From an uncultured bacterium (GTDB lineage: Bacteria; Acidobacteriota; Vicinamibacteria; Vicinamibacterales; UBA2999): 64,000 nucleotides of DNA. The position numbers and the translations under genes are program-made. The notes beneath the pieces were generated by a model. It made no database searches. It was not told the DNA's origin and saw nothing but the letters and a program-made list of their open reading frames with translations. This document shows, in pieces, positions 8,951 to 19,274 of the stretch (position 1 is its first letter; every line of letters starts with the position of its first letter). The DNA lies in the NCBI GenBank assembly GCA_963923455.1, contig CAWULT010000005.1, forward strand, positions 3,003 through 67,002. The letters are read 5' to 3'.

Positions 8951-10140
8951 TGCGGATCCTCTTTCTGACGCAGTTGCTGCCGCTTCCGTTGGACGCTGGC
9001 CCGAAGGTCCGGTCGTTCCACGTCCTGCGGTATCTCTCGCAGGCCGGCCACGACGTCCATCTCGTGTCGTTCATCCGGCCCGGCGAGCACGAGCACGTCG
9101 TCGACCCGCTGCGCCGGCTCTGCGCCTCGATCGACCTCGTGCCCCTGAGGCGCTCGCGCCTGCGCGACGCCCGTGACGGTGTTCGCAGTCTGCTGACGTC
9201 GATGCCGTTCCTCGTGTTGCGCGATCAGGTGGCGCCGATGCACGAGCGCCTCGAGCAACTGGCGGGCAGCCGGTCATTCGACGCGATCCACGCCGACCAG
9301 TTGTGGATGGCGCCCTACGGCATGAACGGCGTCGGAGCAGGGTTGCGGGTCCTCGACCAACACAACGCCGTCTACCTCGTGCCGCAGCGGATGGCCCAGC
9401 ACCACGCCAATCCGGTGGCCCGCGCGCTGCTTCGGAGCGAAGCGTGCAAGCTCGCGGCATTCGAGCGAGACGCCTGTCGCCGCTACGACAGGGTGGTGTG
9501 GGTCACGGACGAGGATCGCCGCGCGATCGTCGACCCGACGGAAGACCGGGCTGGGCGCGACACCGTGATTCCGATCGCCACCGATCCCGACATGCACCCG
9601 CGGATTCGTCGAGATCGTCCGTTCCGCGTAACGTTCCTGGGCGGGCTGCACTGGCCGCCGAACAGCGAAGGCGTGTCCTGGTTCGTCGAACACTGTTGGG
9701 CGCGCGTCGCCGAGGCCGTACCGTCGGCAGTGCTGACGATCATCGGGAAGGGCGGCGAGAAGGCGGTCCCCGGGCTCGACGGCAGCGACCGCGTCGAGAT
9801 TACCGGCTACGTGAATGACCCACTGCGGTATCTCTCCGAGACAGCCGTGTTCGTAGTGCCCCTGCTGTCCGGCGCGGGCATGCGCGTCAAGATTCTGGAC
9901 GCCTGGTGCTGGGGACTGCCGATCGTGTCGACGACCATCGGAGCCGAAGGACTCCAGGCCGTGGACGGCGACAACCTGCTGCTCGCCGACGAGCCCGAGA
10001 CGTTCGCCGACAGCGTGATCCGGATCATGCGGAACGAGGTCATGGCCCGGCGGTTGGTCGACAACGGCCGCGCGACAGTCGAGACCAGCTACGACTGGAA
10101 GGCGGTCTACCGGGCCTGGGACGGGGTGTACTCGTCATGA
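8950..10140 (+). CDS. GT4 (GT-B fold) glycosyltransferase
   Basis: ATG 8950 overlaps the previous TGA (TGATG). N-terminus is MRILFLTQLLPLP. The C-terminal VPLLSGAGMRVKILDAWCWGLPIVST is a Glycos_transf_1-type motif. Confidence 0.85.
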   Translation: MRILFLTQLLPLPLDAGPKVRSFHVLRYLSQAGHDVHLVSFIRPGEHEHVVDPLRRLCASIDLVPLRRSRLRDARDGVRSLLTSMPFLVLRDQVAPMHERLEQLAGSRSFDAIHADQLWMAPYGMNGVGAGLRVLDQHNAVYLVPQRMAQHHANPVARALLRSEACKLAAFERDACRRYDRVVWVTDEDRRAIVDPTEDRAGRDTVIPIATDPDMHPRIRRDRPFRVTFLGGLHWPPNSEGVSWFVEHCWARVAEAVPSAVLTIIGKGGEKAVPGLDGSDRVEITGYVNDPLRYLSETAVFVVPLLSGAGMRVKILDAWCWGLPIVSTTIGAEGLQAVDGDNLLLADEPETFADSVIRIMRNEVMARRLVDNGRATVETSYDWKAVYRAWDGVYSS

Positions 10141-11405
10141 CGGTGCTCTTCGTCGTGCCGTACGCACCCAACCTCATCCGCGTGCGTCCCTACAACCTGA
10201 TCCGCTCCCTGTTGCGGCGGGGGCACCGCATCGTCGTCGCTACTCTCTGGACCAACGAGCGGGAGCGGGAAGACCTCGAGGCGCTGGCCCGGTTCGGGGC
10301 CGACGTCCGGGCCCACTACCTGCCGGCTTGGCGCTCGATCGTCAACTGCGTCGAGGGCTTCATCGGCGGGGACCCGCTCCAGGTCCGCTACTCGTGGTCT
10401 GCCGCGCTCCTGCGCGAGATCCTCGAGCTCGCGCCCCAGGCCGACGTCGTTCACGTGGAGCACCTGCGCGGGGCCCGGTTCGGTCTGGCTGCGCTGGCGG
10501 CGCAGGCCGACGATCCGTCCGCGACGCCCGTCGTCTGGGACGCGGTGGACTGTATTACCCACCTCTTCGAGCAAGCCGCGCAGAAGCGGCCCGATTTCGT
10601 GGGGCGGCTGATCAACCAACTGGAGCTGCCGCGTACCCGTCGGTTCGAAGGCGCGTCCGCGGGCCGGTTCGACCGGGTTCTCGTGACGTCCTCGGTGGAC
10701 CGCGAGGCGTTCCTGCGGCTCGCTGGAGACCGCCACGACGACCAGGCGGAGAGCCGGTTGGCCGTGTTGACGAATGGCGTGGACCTCGACTACTTCACGC
10801 CGGACCCGGGTCAGGCGCGTGACGCCGACATGCTCGTGTTCAGCGGCAAGATGAGCTACCACGCCAACGAAAGCGCGGCGCTCCATCTGCTGGGCGAGAT
10901 CATGCCTCGCATATGGGCGCGGCGCCCGTCGACCAGGCTGCAGATCGTCGGGAAGGACCCGTCCGAGCGACTCCGGGCGGCACTGGCGCGGCACGCGTCG
11001 CGAGCTTCGTTGACGGGGACGGTACTCGATCTCCGGCCGTTCCTCCGCGGGGCTGCTGCGGCCGTGGTGCCGCTCGTCTACGGCACGGGCTGCCAGAACA
11101 AGGTCCTCGAGGCGATGGCGTGCGCCACGCCGGTCGTTGCCACCTCCCAGGCCGTCTCGTCACTGCGCGTGCTGCCGGGGCGTGACGTGTTCGTGGCTGA
11201 CGCGCCGGACGTCTTCGCGGACGCCGTGCTCGAGTTGTTGGATGCCCCTGCCCGCCAGCGGGAGGTGGGAGAGGCTGGCCACCGCTACGTGCAGGCCCAC
11301 CACCGATGGGACGACGTCGCCGGGCAGCTCGAATCCGTGTACCTCGAACTGGCTGGGCGTCGTGGCGCCCTGGTGCGTCGGGATGGTCGCCGCCGGAGCG
11401 CCTGA
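10137..11405 (+). CDS. GT4 (GT-B fold) glycosyltransferase
   Basis: ATG 10137 overlaps the previous stop (ATGA). Motifs are MTVLFVVPYAPN and VPLVYGTGCQNKVLEAMACATPVVAT. Confidence 0.85.
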   Translation: MTVLFVVPYAPNLIRVRPYNLIRSLLRRGHRIVVATLWTNEREREDLEALARFGADVRAHYLPAWRSIVNCVEGFIGGDPLQVRYSWSAALLREILELAPQADVVHVEHLRGARFGLAALAAQADDPSATPVVWDAVDCITHLFEQAAQKRPDFVGRLINQLELPRTRRFEGASAGRFDRVLVTSSVDREAFLRLAGDRHDDQAESRLAVLTNGVDLDYFTPDPGQARDADMLVFSGKMSYHANESAALHLLGEIMPRIWARRPSTRLQIVGKDPSERLRAALARHASRASLTGTVLDLRPFLRGAAAAVVPLVYGTGCQNKVLEAMACATPVVATSQAVSSLRVLPGRDVFVADAPDVFADAVLELLDAPARQREVGEAGHRYVQAHHRWDDVAGQLESVYLELAGRRGALVRRDGRRRSA

Positions 11406-11450
11406 AACTCACGTCGGCCGCGCGGCGGCCGGACCCTTCGACACCGACTT

Positions 11451-12782
11451 GTGACAGATCATCCCGCTCCTCGACGAAGCCAGGCCGCACCGATACGCGT
11501 GCTTGCCGTCATTCTGGCGATCTCGGTGTTCGCTCGCGTCGGTTCGTCGTTATACCAGGGGGCGGGGATCGAGCCACTGCCCGGCGTGACGGACCAGATT
11601 TCCTACCACGAACTCGCCATTCGGGTGGCGACGGGGCACGGGTTCACGTTCGGGCAGGACTGGTGGCCGGCCACAAAGGCCAACGAGCCCACGGCCCACT
11701 GGAGCTTCCTCTACGTACTGATGCTGGCCGGTATCTACTCGCTGTTCGGTCCGTCCGTGCTGGTCGCGCGGTTGCTGCAGGCGGTCGTCGCCGGTGCCCT
11801 GCACCCGTGGCTGACGTGGCGGATCGCGAACCGGTTGTTTGGCCCGAGGGCCGGAGTGTTCGCCGCCGCGAGCAGTGCGGTCTATGGCTACTTCGTCTAT
11901 TACGGCGGAGCGCTGCTGACCGAGCCGCTCTACATGGTGGGCTTCCTGTGGGTGCTCGACCGTCTGACGGCCATCGCGCACGACCGACGCGAGGGGCGCC
12001 GGACAGGCCTGGGAGCGTGGGTACTCCTCGGCGTGTCGCTTGCGGTGACGACGCTGCTCCGGCAGGTGTTCCTCCTCGTCGTGCCGGCCATGCTGCTCTG
12101 GCTCGCGTGGGAGGTCTGGCGCCCGGGTGCCAAGGGCGCCGCGCCGCGACTGCAGCTGCCCGCGCTCATCGGGCGAGGGGTGATCGTCGTTGCGATCGTC
12201 ATCGCAGCCGTCCTGCCCTGGACGATGCGGAACCAGCGCGTGTTCGGGCACTTCGTGCTGCTCAACACCAACGCCGGATTCGTCCTCTACTGGGGTAACC
12301 ATCCGGTCCACGGGACGAACTTCATCCCGATCATGTCCACGGGCGAAGTCAACTACATGACCCTGATTCCGCCGGCCCTGTTCCGCCTGAACGAGGCTGC
12401 ACTCGACCGCGAGCTGCTTCGCCGCGGACTCGGGTTCATCGTCGCAGACCCAGGGCGGTTCGCGCGACTGTCTGCGAGCCGCGCGCGAGAGTACTTCAAG
12501 TTCTGGCCGTCATCGGACTCGGGCGCGGTCAGCAACGCGATCCGCGTGCTCTCGTTCGGCGTGCTCCTGCCGCTGATTCTCGGCGGGCTGTTCGTGACGG
12601 CGCGCTGGGCGGGGGAGGGGGACAAAGAGGTGTGGACGTCCGGCGCCGCGCTTCTGCTGGGCGTCGCCGCGATCTACGCGCTGGTGCACCTGTTGACGTG
12701 GACGCTGGTGCGCTACCGATTGCCAGTGGACGCCGTGCTCGTCCCCTTCGCTGGTGTCGCGCTGTCGCAGTTGGCCGAGTAG
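11451..12782 (+). CDS. GT-C fold membrane glycosyltransferase (ArnT/PMT, GT39/GT83-like)
   Basis: 443 aa, polytopic. The first-loop segment TDQISYHELAIRVATGHGFTFG resembles the acidic loop of lipid-carrier-dependent GT-C enzymes. The family call is made by eye only. Confidence 0.6.
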   Translation: MTDHPAPRRSQAAPIRVLAVILAISVFARVGSSLYQGAGIEPLPGVTDQISYHELAIRVATGHGFTFGQDWWPATKANEPTAHWSFLYVLMLAGIYSLFGPSVLVARLLQAVVAGALHPWLTWRIANRLFGPRAGVFAAASSAVYGYFVYYGGALLTEPLYMVGFLWVLDRLTAIAHDRREGRRTGLGAWVLLGVSLAVTTLLRQVFLLVVPAMLLWLAWEVWRPGAKGAAPRLQLPALIGRGVIVVAIVIAAVLPWTMRNQRVFGHFVLLNTNAGFVLYWGNHPVHGTNFIPIMSTGEVNYMTLIPPALFRLNEAALDRELLRRGLGFIVADPGRFARLSASRAREYFKFWPSSDSGAVSNAIRVLSFGVLLPLILGGLFVTARWAGEGDKEVWTSGAALLLGVAAIYALVHLLTWTLVRYRLPVDAVLVPFAGVALSQLAE

Positions 12783-12866
12783 ACCAGGGGGCGGATGTCC
12801 ACGGCCCTGGCGCCGATACATCCCACAGCGGGTTGACCGCGCTCACCAATGTGCACGTGCTGACTC

Positions 12867-14354
12867 ATGACTGTTGAAGCCCAGGCTGCCTCGATGCTGC
12901 GGTCGGCCGCCTATCCCAAGTCGCCCGACTGGTCGCTGCACGCGCAGCGGCTCGCGTTGCGCCTCTGGCTCCTGGCGACCGACGCCGCGGCGCTGGCCGG
13001 GGCGTATTTCATCGCCTATTGGGTCCGGTTCGGGCTCGAGGTGACGGTATCGCCCGGCGTCGTTCCACCACCGAACTTCTACCTGTTCGTCGGCTTGATC
13101 CTCATCCCGGTGCTGCTCGGCGTGTTCGCGTCGTTCCGGCTCTACGACACGGAGAGCCTGCTCGGCGGTGTCTCCGAGTACTCCAAGATCTTCAACGCCT
13201 GCACTGCAGGGACGATGATCCTGGTGCTGGCGACCTTCGTCGTGCCCCAGCTGGCGCTCTCGCGCGTCTGGGTGGTGGCGGCGTGGCTGCTGTCCTTCGT
13301 GCTGGTCTCACTGAGCCGCTTCCTGTGCCGGCGGCTGGTGTATCCGCTCAGGGCCCGGGGCTACTTCCTGACGCCGGCGGTGATCATCGGTACCAACCAG
13401 GAGGCCGCCACGCTGGCGGTCGAGCTCAGCAACTGGCGGTCGTCCGGCCTGCGCATCGCCGGTTTCGTGGCCAACGACGGCTCGCCGTCGAAGGGCGAAA
13501 GTCTTCCGGTGCTCGGCGATGTACGCGACATCCGCCGCCTGGTCGAGGCGCACGGAATCGAGGACCTGATCGTCGCCATCACCGCCCTCAAGCGGGAGGA
13601 ACTGCTCCTGCTGTGCGAAGAGGTGAACGCGCTGCCTGGCGTGCACCTGCGGCTCAGCTCGGGCGTCTACGAACTGCTGACGACCGGGCTCACCGTACAG
13701 ACCAAGGGAAGCGTGCCCCTCGTCAGCTTGAACAAGGTGCGGCTGCGTCCCGGCGAGGCGTTCGTCAAGTCCACGCTCGAGTACTCGCTGACCATCCTGG
13801 GGCTGCTGTTCACGTGGCCGTTCTTCCTCCTGATCGCGGTCCTCGTGCGGCTCGACTCGCCAGGGCCGATCCTGCACCGGCGCCGGGTGCTCGGCGTGTC
13901 CGGCCACCAGTTCGACGCGTTCAAGTTCCGGACCATGTACGTCAATGGGAACGAGATGCTCCACGATCGGCCGGATCTGCTCAAGCAGCTGCAGTCGGAT
14001 CACAAGCTCAAGGAGGATCCGCGGGTGACCCGCATGGGGCGCTTCCTCCGCAAGTTCAGCCTCGACGAGTTGCCGCAGCTGTTCAACGTGCTGCGCGGTG
14101 AGATGGGGCTCGTCGGCCCCCGGATGATCACCGCGGAGGAAGGCGAGAAGTACGGTCGCCATCGAATGAACCTGCTGACCGTCAAGCCCGGCATCACCGG
14201 GTTGTGGCAGGTGTCCGGCCGATCCGACCTGTCGTACGACGAACGGGTGCAGCTCGACATGTACTACATCCGCAACTACAGCGTCTGGATTGACCTGCAA
14301 ATTCTGTTCGTCCAAACGATTCCAGCGGTCATCAAGGGCCGCGGCGCCTACTGA
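12867..14354 (+). CDS. Initiating polyprenyl-phosphate glycosyl-1-phosphate transferase (WbaP/EpsB-type bacterial sugar transferase)
   Basis: 495 aa. N-terminal TM helices and a linker precede the C-terminal domain with [39 protein letters not shown] and [14 protein letters not shown]. Confidence 0.9.
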   Translation: MTVEAQAASMLRSAAYPKSPDWSLHAQRLALRLWLLATDAAALAGAYFIAYWVRFGLEVTVSPGVVPPPNFYLFVGLILIPVLLGVFASFRLYDTESLLGGVSEYSKIFNACTAGTMILVLATFVVPQLALSRVWVVAAWLLSFVLVSLSRFLCRRLVYPLRARGYFLTPAVIIGTNQEAATLAVELSNWRSSGLRIAGFVANDGSPSKGESLPVLGDVRDIRRLVEAHGIEDLIVAITALKREELLLLCEEVNALPGVHLRLSSGVYELLTTGLTVQTKGSVPLVSLNKVRLRPGEAFVKSTLEYSLTILGLLFTWPFFLLIAVLVRLDSPGPILHRRRVLGVSGHQFDAFKFRTMYVNGNEMLHDRPDLLKQLQSDHKLKEDPRVTRMGRFLRKFSLDELPQLFNVLRGEMGLVGPRMITAEEGEKYGRHRMNLLTVKPGITGLWQVSGRSDLSYDERVQLDMYYIRNYSVWIDLQILFVQTIPAVIKGRGAY

Positions 14355-14388
14355 GTACACGTCAGCCCGAGCAACCTTCGCTCATCCG

Positions 14389-15558
14389 ATGAAAGTGCTC
14401 TTCCTCTCGCGCTGGTATCCGTACCCGGCCGACAACGGCTCGAAGCTCCGGGTGTCGGCACTGCTGCGCGGCTTGTGCGAGCGCCACGAGGTCACGCTCA
14501 TCAGCTTCTGCAACCCCGACGAGCCGCGCGAAGACGGACCGGCCGAGGGGCCGCGTCCGGTCCGGGTCGAGGCGTGCCCGTTCCGTGAGTTCGAACGCGG
14601 CAGCCGGCGCGCCCTGCTCGGCTACCTGAGCGGCACGCCGAGGTTCCTGGTGGACACCCACAGCACCGAGATGGAGGCGCGCATTCGCCAGGCGGTCGCC
14701 ACGACCCGCTTCGACCTGGTGATCGCGTCCCAGCTGTCGATGGCCGCCTACCACGACGCGTTTCCCGACATTCCCGCGGTCTTCGACGAGGTCGAACTCG
14801 GGGTGTACTGGCCGGAAGCGGCCGGGACCTCGTGGGCGCGCGCCCGTCATCGCCTGACCTGGGCCAAGCACAGCCGATTCATGGCGCGGCTGCTCCAGCG
14901 ATTCGCGTTCGCGACGGTTGCGTCGGAAGCCGAACGGACTCTCGTGGCGCGGGCCGCGCCCGGGTACGGCGCCGTGCACGTCGTGCCCAATACGGTCGAC
15001 ACCAGCCCAGACGGCCCCGAAGTCGGGCGGCGTCCAGAGTCGTTGATCTTCACTGGGTCGATGCGCTTCGCTCCGAACCGCGATGCGATGCACTGGTTCG
15101 TGCGAGAGATCTTTCCGCGGGTTCGGGCCCGGGTGCCGGGTGCGACGCTGACGATCACGGGCGATCCCGGCCCCGAGCCTCCGCCCGAGACCGAAGGCGT
15201 TGCACTGGCCGGGCGAGTGCCCGATGTGCGTCCCCTGCTTGCGTCCTCGGCTGTGAGCCTGGCGCCGATCAGGACCGGGGGAGGCACGCGGCTCAAGATT
15301 CTGGAGGCGATGGCGCTCGGCACGCCGGTCGTGTCGACGACCAAAGCGGCAGAGGGACTGGACGTGCGGAACGGGGAGCACCTGCTGCTGGCCGATACGC
15401 CCGAAGATTTCGCGGCCGCCGTCGAGCGGCTATTGCGCGATCAGGGCGAGGCGCGGGCGATGGCGGCGCGCGCACGAGAACTGTTCAAGGCGAAGTACGG
15501 CGCCGACGTCGTCGTGGGGAACTTCCTGCGTCTGGTGGAGCATGCGGTTGCGGCCTGA
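14389..15558 (+). CDS. GT4 (GT-B fold) glycosyltransferase
   Basis: ATG 14389, in frame within the 14290 ORF. Motifs are MKVLFLSRWYPYPADNGSKLRV and APIRTGGGTRLKILEAMALGTPVVST. Confidence 0.85.
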   Translation: MKVLFLSRWYPYPADNGSKLRVSALLRGLCERHEVTLISFCNPDEPREDGPAEGPRPVRVEACPFREFERGSRRALLGYLSGTPRFLVDTHSTEMEARIRQAVATTRFDLVIASQLSMAAYHDAFPDIPAVFDEVELGVYWPEAAGTSWARARHRLTWAKHSRFMARLLQRFAFATVASEAERTLVARAAPGYGAVHVVPNTVDTSPDGPEVGRRPESLIFTGSMRFAPNRDAMHWFVREIFPRVRARVPGATLTITGDPGPEPPPETEGVALAGRVPDVRPLLASSAVSLAPIRTGGGTRLKILEAMALGTPVVSTTKAAEGLDVRNGEHLLLADTPEDFAAAVERLLRDQGEARAMAARARELFKAKYGADVVVGNFLRLVEHAVAA

Positions 15559-18082
15559 CGCCGTGAACGGCCGCGGCCACGGGCGGCGGCTCTCTCCGGG
15601 CGTCGCCGTGTGCGCAGCTGCCGGCCTGACGGTCGCCCTGGCGGGCGTGGGGGCGGCGGTGAGCGTCGTGCGCGCGCAGGCGCGGCCCGCCGGTACGGGA
15701 GCGGCCGGGCCGGGCCCGCGTTCGGTCTCGGCCGAACCGGAGGCATCGCCGCTCCGCATCGAAATGCTCCGGTCGGAGCCGGCCGGTGACGTGCCGCGCT
15801 ACGGCAAGTTCGAAGTGAGCTTCACCATAGCCGGAACGGCGGCATCGATGCTGCAGTGGCCTCACGACGCGTCGCCGCCGCGCGGCGTGCCTGCCGGGGT
15901 CGGCATCTCGGTGGACGCCGTGTTCGCGGACCCGTCTGGACGCGAGTACCGCCAGCCGGCGTTCTACTACCAGCATTTCGAGGACGACGTGCGGAATGGC
16001 CGGGACTGGCGGTACCCGACCGACCGGTTCGAGTGGAAGGTCCGGTTCGCGCCGAACCGCCCCGGGGCCTGGAAGTACAAGCTGGTCGCGCGTGATCGTC
16101 GGGGCTCGGCCGAGACGGAGTGGAAGAGCCTCACGGTCGTCCCGTCCGCCAGTCACGGCTTCGTGCGGGTGAGCCAGGCCGACCGGCGCTACTTCGAGTT
16201 CGATGACGGCGCCTTCTTCTCGGGGCTCGGGTTGCAGGTGCCGGAGCATCTCGACGCGCCGGTCACGCGGGGCGCCCCCCTGTATCAGCGCCTGCAGGCC
16301 AACGGTATCAACTTCGCCCGTCTCTGGATCAGCTCGCTGTTCGGCGCCTCGTGGACGCCGTGGGTGGGTGGCCGCAACCAGTACGGCGGCTACCTCCCGA
16401 TCTCCGGAATCGTGCCGTTCCGTTCGGGGCCGCAGGACGAGGGCACGCTGGTGTTGCGGCTCGACTACGAGGCTGGCGGCGATACGGGCTGGTTCGATGC
16501 GTGCCGGCTGCAGTGGGCCGACGAGGCCGAGGCCGTCAAGCCGAACACCCGTTACCGCGTGCGAGCGGTCTACGCAGGGCGCGGCATCGTGGGGCCGCGC
16601 GCGGGGCAGAGCCCACGGTTCGGGTTCGTGGTCAAGATGGGCGGGATGTTCCCGAACTGCTACGAGCCCGGGACCAGCCAGGTGGTGTCGTCGTACGGCA
16701 GCACCAGCGATGGGTGGTCGCAGGTGGACGGCACCTGGTTCTCCGGTAACCGGCAGTTCCTGCCGAAGATTCACCTGGCACTCGAGAACGTCCGGGCCGG
16801 CGCGGCGCTCGTGCGGTCGGTGTCGGTGCGCGAAGTTCGCCCTGATGGAGCAGAGGGGCCCGAGGTGTTGACGCGACCGTCGATGGAGGCGCACCTCTAC
16901 GTGCCTCAGGCGCGCGCGCACGCCTTCGACACCATTCTCGAGCAGGCCGAACGGCAGGGCGTGTACTTGAAGCTCGTCGTCATGGAAAAGGGCGACGAGA
17001 TGTATCAGAAGTTCGCCGACGACGGATCGTTCGTCACCGACCAGGACAACGCCAACGGCGTCTACGGAACGGCCCGCGTCGTGAACCGCACACGGTGGCT
17101 GCAGCAGGCGTGGTGGCGGTACCTGCAGGCCCGATGGGGGTATTCCCCGGCCGTGCACTCGTGGGAGCTGCTGAACGAGGGCGACCCGGCGTCGACGCGG
17201 CACTACGAGCTGGCCGAGGCCTTTGGACAGTTCATGCACTACCGCGTGTTCGGGGTGGAGCCCGGTGCCGGTTTCGATCACCCGGACGACCACCTGGTCA
17301 CGACGTCGTTCTGGCACTCGTTTCCGGCGGCGGCCTTCTGGGCCAACGCTGCGTATCCCCACGTCGATTACGCGGACCTGCACGCCTACGTGAGCACCTC
17401 GACGGCGTCGCCGGCCGAGAAGCAGCAGATGCAGTCCGACACCGCCTTCTATCACCTCTGGCACAGCCGCCTGGTGGCCGCCGCCAGGGTCGGCAAGCCT
17501 GTGGTCAGGGGCGAGGCCGGACTCGATACACCCGGCAGGCAGGACGAACAAGTCCTTGGAGTACAACGAGATCGAACAGGCCAGTGGCTCCACGACTTCC
17601 TGTGGGCGGGGCTGGACTCCGGGGCGTTGCACGAGGTGTACTGGTGGCGGTCCCACGTCTGGAACGGCCAGGCAGACCATCGCGGCGTCTACAAGTCCGT
17701 CGGGCAGTTTCTCGACGCGCTCGACCTGAACAAGGGCGGCTATAGCGACTGGGGTGGCAGCGTCAGCAGTCCCGCTCTTCGCGTCGTCGGGCAGAAGAAC
17801 GCCGGGGCCGGAGCGATGCACCTCTGGATTCAGAACACTGGCCACACCTGGCGGAGCGTCCTCGACGGCCGGCTGGTGGAGCCTGCGTCCGGCACCGTCC
17901 GCGTGCCGGGCTTCCGCCCGCGCGCCAGCTTCGACGTCGAGTGGTGGGACACCTACGCGCCCCAGAAGACCGTCGTGTCACACGAGACGGTCAGCGCGGA
18001 TCCGAGCGGCACCGTCAGTCTGGCCGTGACCGCGCTCGAAACCGACGTCGCCGTGATGCTGCGCCCCAGGGGCGCCGCCTGA
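15542..18082 (+). CDS. Secreted clan GH-A (GH5-like) glycanase with an N-terminal Ig-like (DUF5060-like) domain, copy 1
   Basis: 846 aa with an RR-containing signal sequence. HSWELLNEGDP (NE at 17174-17179) and VVRGEAGLD fit the acid/base and nucleophile strands of clan GH-A. It is a paralog of 59500-62157. Confidence 0.7.
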   Translation: MRLRPDAVNGRGHGRRLSPGVAVCAAAGLTVALAGVGAAVSVVRAQARPAGTGAAGPGPRSVSAEPEASPLRIEMLRSEPAGDVPRYGKFEVSFTIAGTAASMLQWPHDASPPRGVPAGVGISVDAVFADPSGREYRQPAFYYQHFEDDVRNGRDWRYPTDRFEWKVRFAPNRPGAWKYKLVARDRRGSAETEWKSLTVVPSASHGFVRVSQADRRYFEFDDGAFFSGLGLQVPEHLDAPVTRGAPLYQRLQANGINFARLWISSLFGASWTPWVGGRNQYGGYLPISGIVPFRSGPQDEGTLVLRLDYEAGGDTGWFDACRLQWADEAEAVKPNTRYRVRAVYAGRGIVGPRAGQSPRFGFVVKMGGMFPNCYEPGTSQVVSSYGSTSDGWSQVDGTWFSGNRQFLPKIHLALENVRAGAALVRSVSVREVRPDGAEGPEVLTRPSMEAHLYVPQARAHAFDTILEQAERQGVYLKLVVMEKGDEMYQKFADDGSFVTDQDNANGVYGTARVVNRTRWLQQAWWRYLQARWGYSPAVHSWELLNEGDPASTRHYELAEAFGQFMHYRVFGVEPGAGFDHPDDHLVTTSFWHSFPAAAFWANAAYPHVDYADLHAYVSTSTASPAEKQQMQSDTAFYHLWHSRLVAAARVGKPVVRGEAGLDTPGRQDEQVLGVQRDRTGQWLHDFLWAGLDSGALHEVYWWRSHVWNGQADHRGVYKSVGQFLDALDLNKGGYSDWGGSVSSPALRVVGQKNAGAGAMHLWIQNTGHTWRSVLDGRLVEPASGTVRVPGFRPRASFDVEWWDTYAPQKTVVSHETVSADPSGTVSLAVTALETDVAVMLRPRGAA

Positions 18083-18092
18083 TTTTCGTTTC

Positions 18093-19265
18093 ATGAAGAC
18101 GAGAGGACAAGCACCCATGCGCCGTCAATTCTTCTTCGCGCTGTGCGTCGGTCAGCTATGGGCCGGGCCGGCCTGGGCCCAGGCCACCGCGGGCTCGTCG
18201 GGCCAGTCGTCGACGTCGACGACCACCTCCTCGACGTCGTCTGGCACGTCGTCGGCCACCGTAACCGCTCCGGGCGCGATGGCGGAGGCCGTGTTCACCA
18301 ACTTGAGCGGCTTCTCGGAAGACTATCGGGTCGGGGCGGGGGACCTGCTGGACATCCAGGTGGTCGGGCACAGCGACCAGAATCAATCCCTTCGCGTCGC
18401 GCTGTCGGGTGACGTCAGCTTCCCCGGCATCGGGCTCGTCTCGGTCGCGGAGAAGACCGTATTCGAGCTCGAAGACATGTTCTCGGATATGTTCCGGCAG
18501 AAGGGCCTGCTGAACGACGCGCAGGTCCTGGTGTCGGTTGCCGAGTTCCAGGCCAAGCCGATCTACGTCTCGGGCGCCGTGGTCAACCCAGGCGAGTTCA
18601 TCATGTCGCAGGCGCTCACGGTGGCGGATGCGATTCTGCTCGCGGGCGGGCTCCGGGCCAACGCGTCCGACCATGCGATGCTGCACCGGCGCGTGTCACC
18701 CGAGGGTGATGCTCTGCCGGTTGCCGCGATCACCGAGAATCCCGAGGTCGCCAAGCCGGGCATCGAGATCGTCAAGGTCGACATCCGCCCGGCCAAGGAG
18801 GGTCGGTTTTCGGAACTCGCCATTCCTCTGAAGCGCGGGGACGCGCTGATCGTCACCACACAGCCGATGCACGCCTTCTACGTCGTCGGAGAGGTGAACG
18901 AGCCGAAGAACTACTTCATCCCGCCGGGCCGCACGATGACGGTCAGCCAGGCCATCTCCCAGGCCCAGGGGCCGAGCCCGTACGCGAAGCTGTCGGCCGG
19001 CATGTTGATCCGCCACGACGCGACGGGCAAGCGGCAGGAAATCCTGGTCAACTATGCCGCGATCCTGCAGGGCGAGCAGGCGGACATGCCGATTCAGGAG
19101 AACGACATCATCTACATCCCTAACAGCAGAGGCCGCCGGTTCACCTACGACCTCGTGGGCATGACGGACCTGATGATGATGCAGCAGTCGTTCGCAATGG
19201 GCCGCCGGATGCAGCGCGGGATACGCGAGCAGGCCTCGCAACAGCAAATGCAGCAGGGCCGCTGA
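18093..19265 (+). CDS. Outer-membrane polysaccharide export protein (OPX, Wza-like), copy 1
   Basis: Signal peptide present. An alternative ATG at 18117 gives MRRQFFFALCVGQLWAGPAWAQ, 9 nt after GAGAGGA. A Ser/Thr-rich linker follows. Motifs are YRVGAGDLLDIQV (Poly_export), SLBB-like VSGAVVNPGEF and VVGEVNEPKNY, and DIIYIPN. Confidence 0.8.
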   Translation: MKTRGQAPMRRQFFFALCVGQLWAGPAWAQATAGSSGQSSTSTTTSSTSSGTSSATVTAPGAMAEAVFTNLSGFSEDYRVGAGDLLDIQVVGHSDQNQSLRVALSGDVSFPGIGLVSVAEKTVFELEDMFSDMFRQKGLLNDAQVLVSVAEFQAKPIYVSGAVVNPGEFIMSQALTVADAILLAGGLRANASDHAMLHRRVSPEGDALPVAAITENPEVAKPGIEIVKVDIRPAKEGRFSELAIPLKRGDALIVTTQPMHAFYVVGEVNEPKNYFIPPGRTMTVSQAISQAQGPSPYAKLSAGMLIRHDATGKRQEILVNYAAILQGEQADMPIQENDIIYIPNSRGRRFTYDLVGMTDLMMMQQSFAMGRRMQRGIREQASQQQMQQGR

Positions 19266-19274
19266 GCGAGCGTC

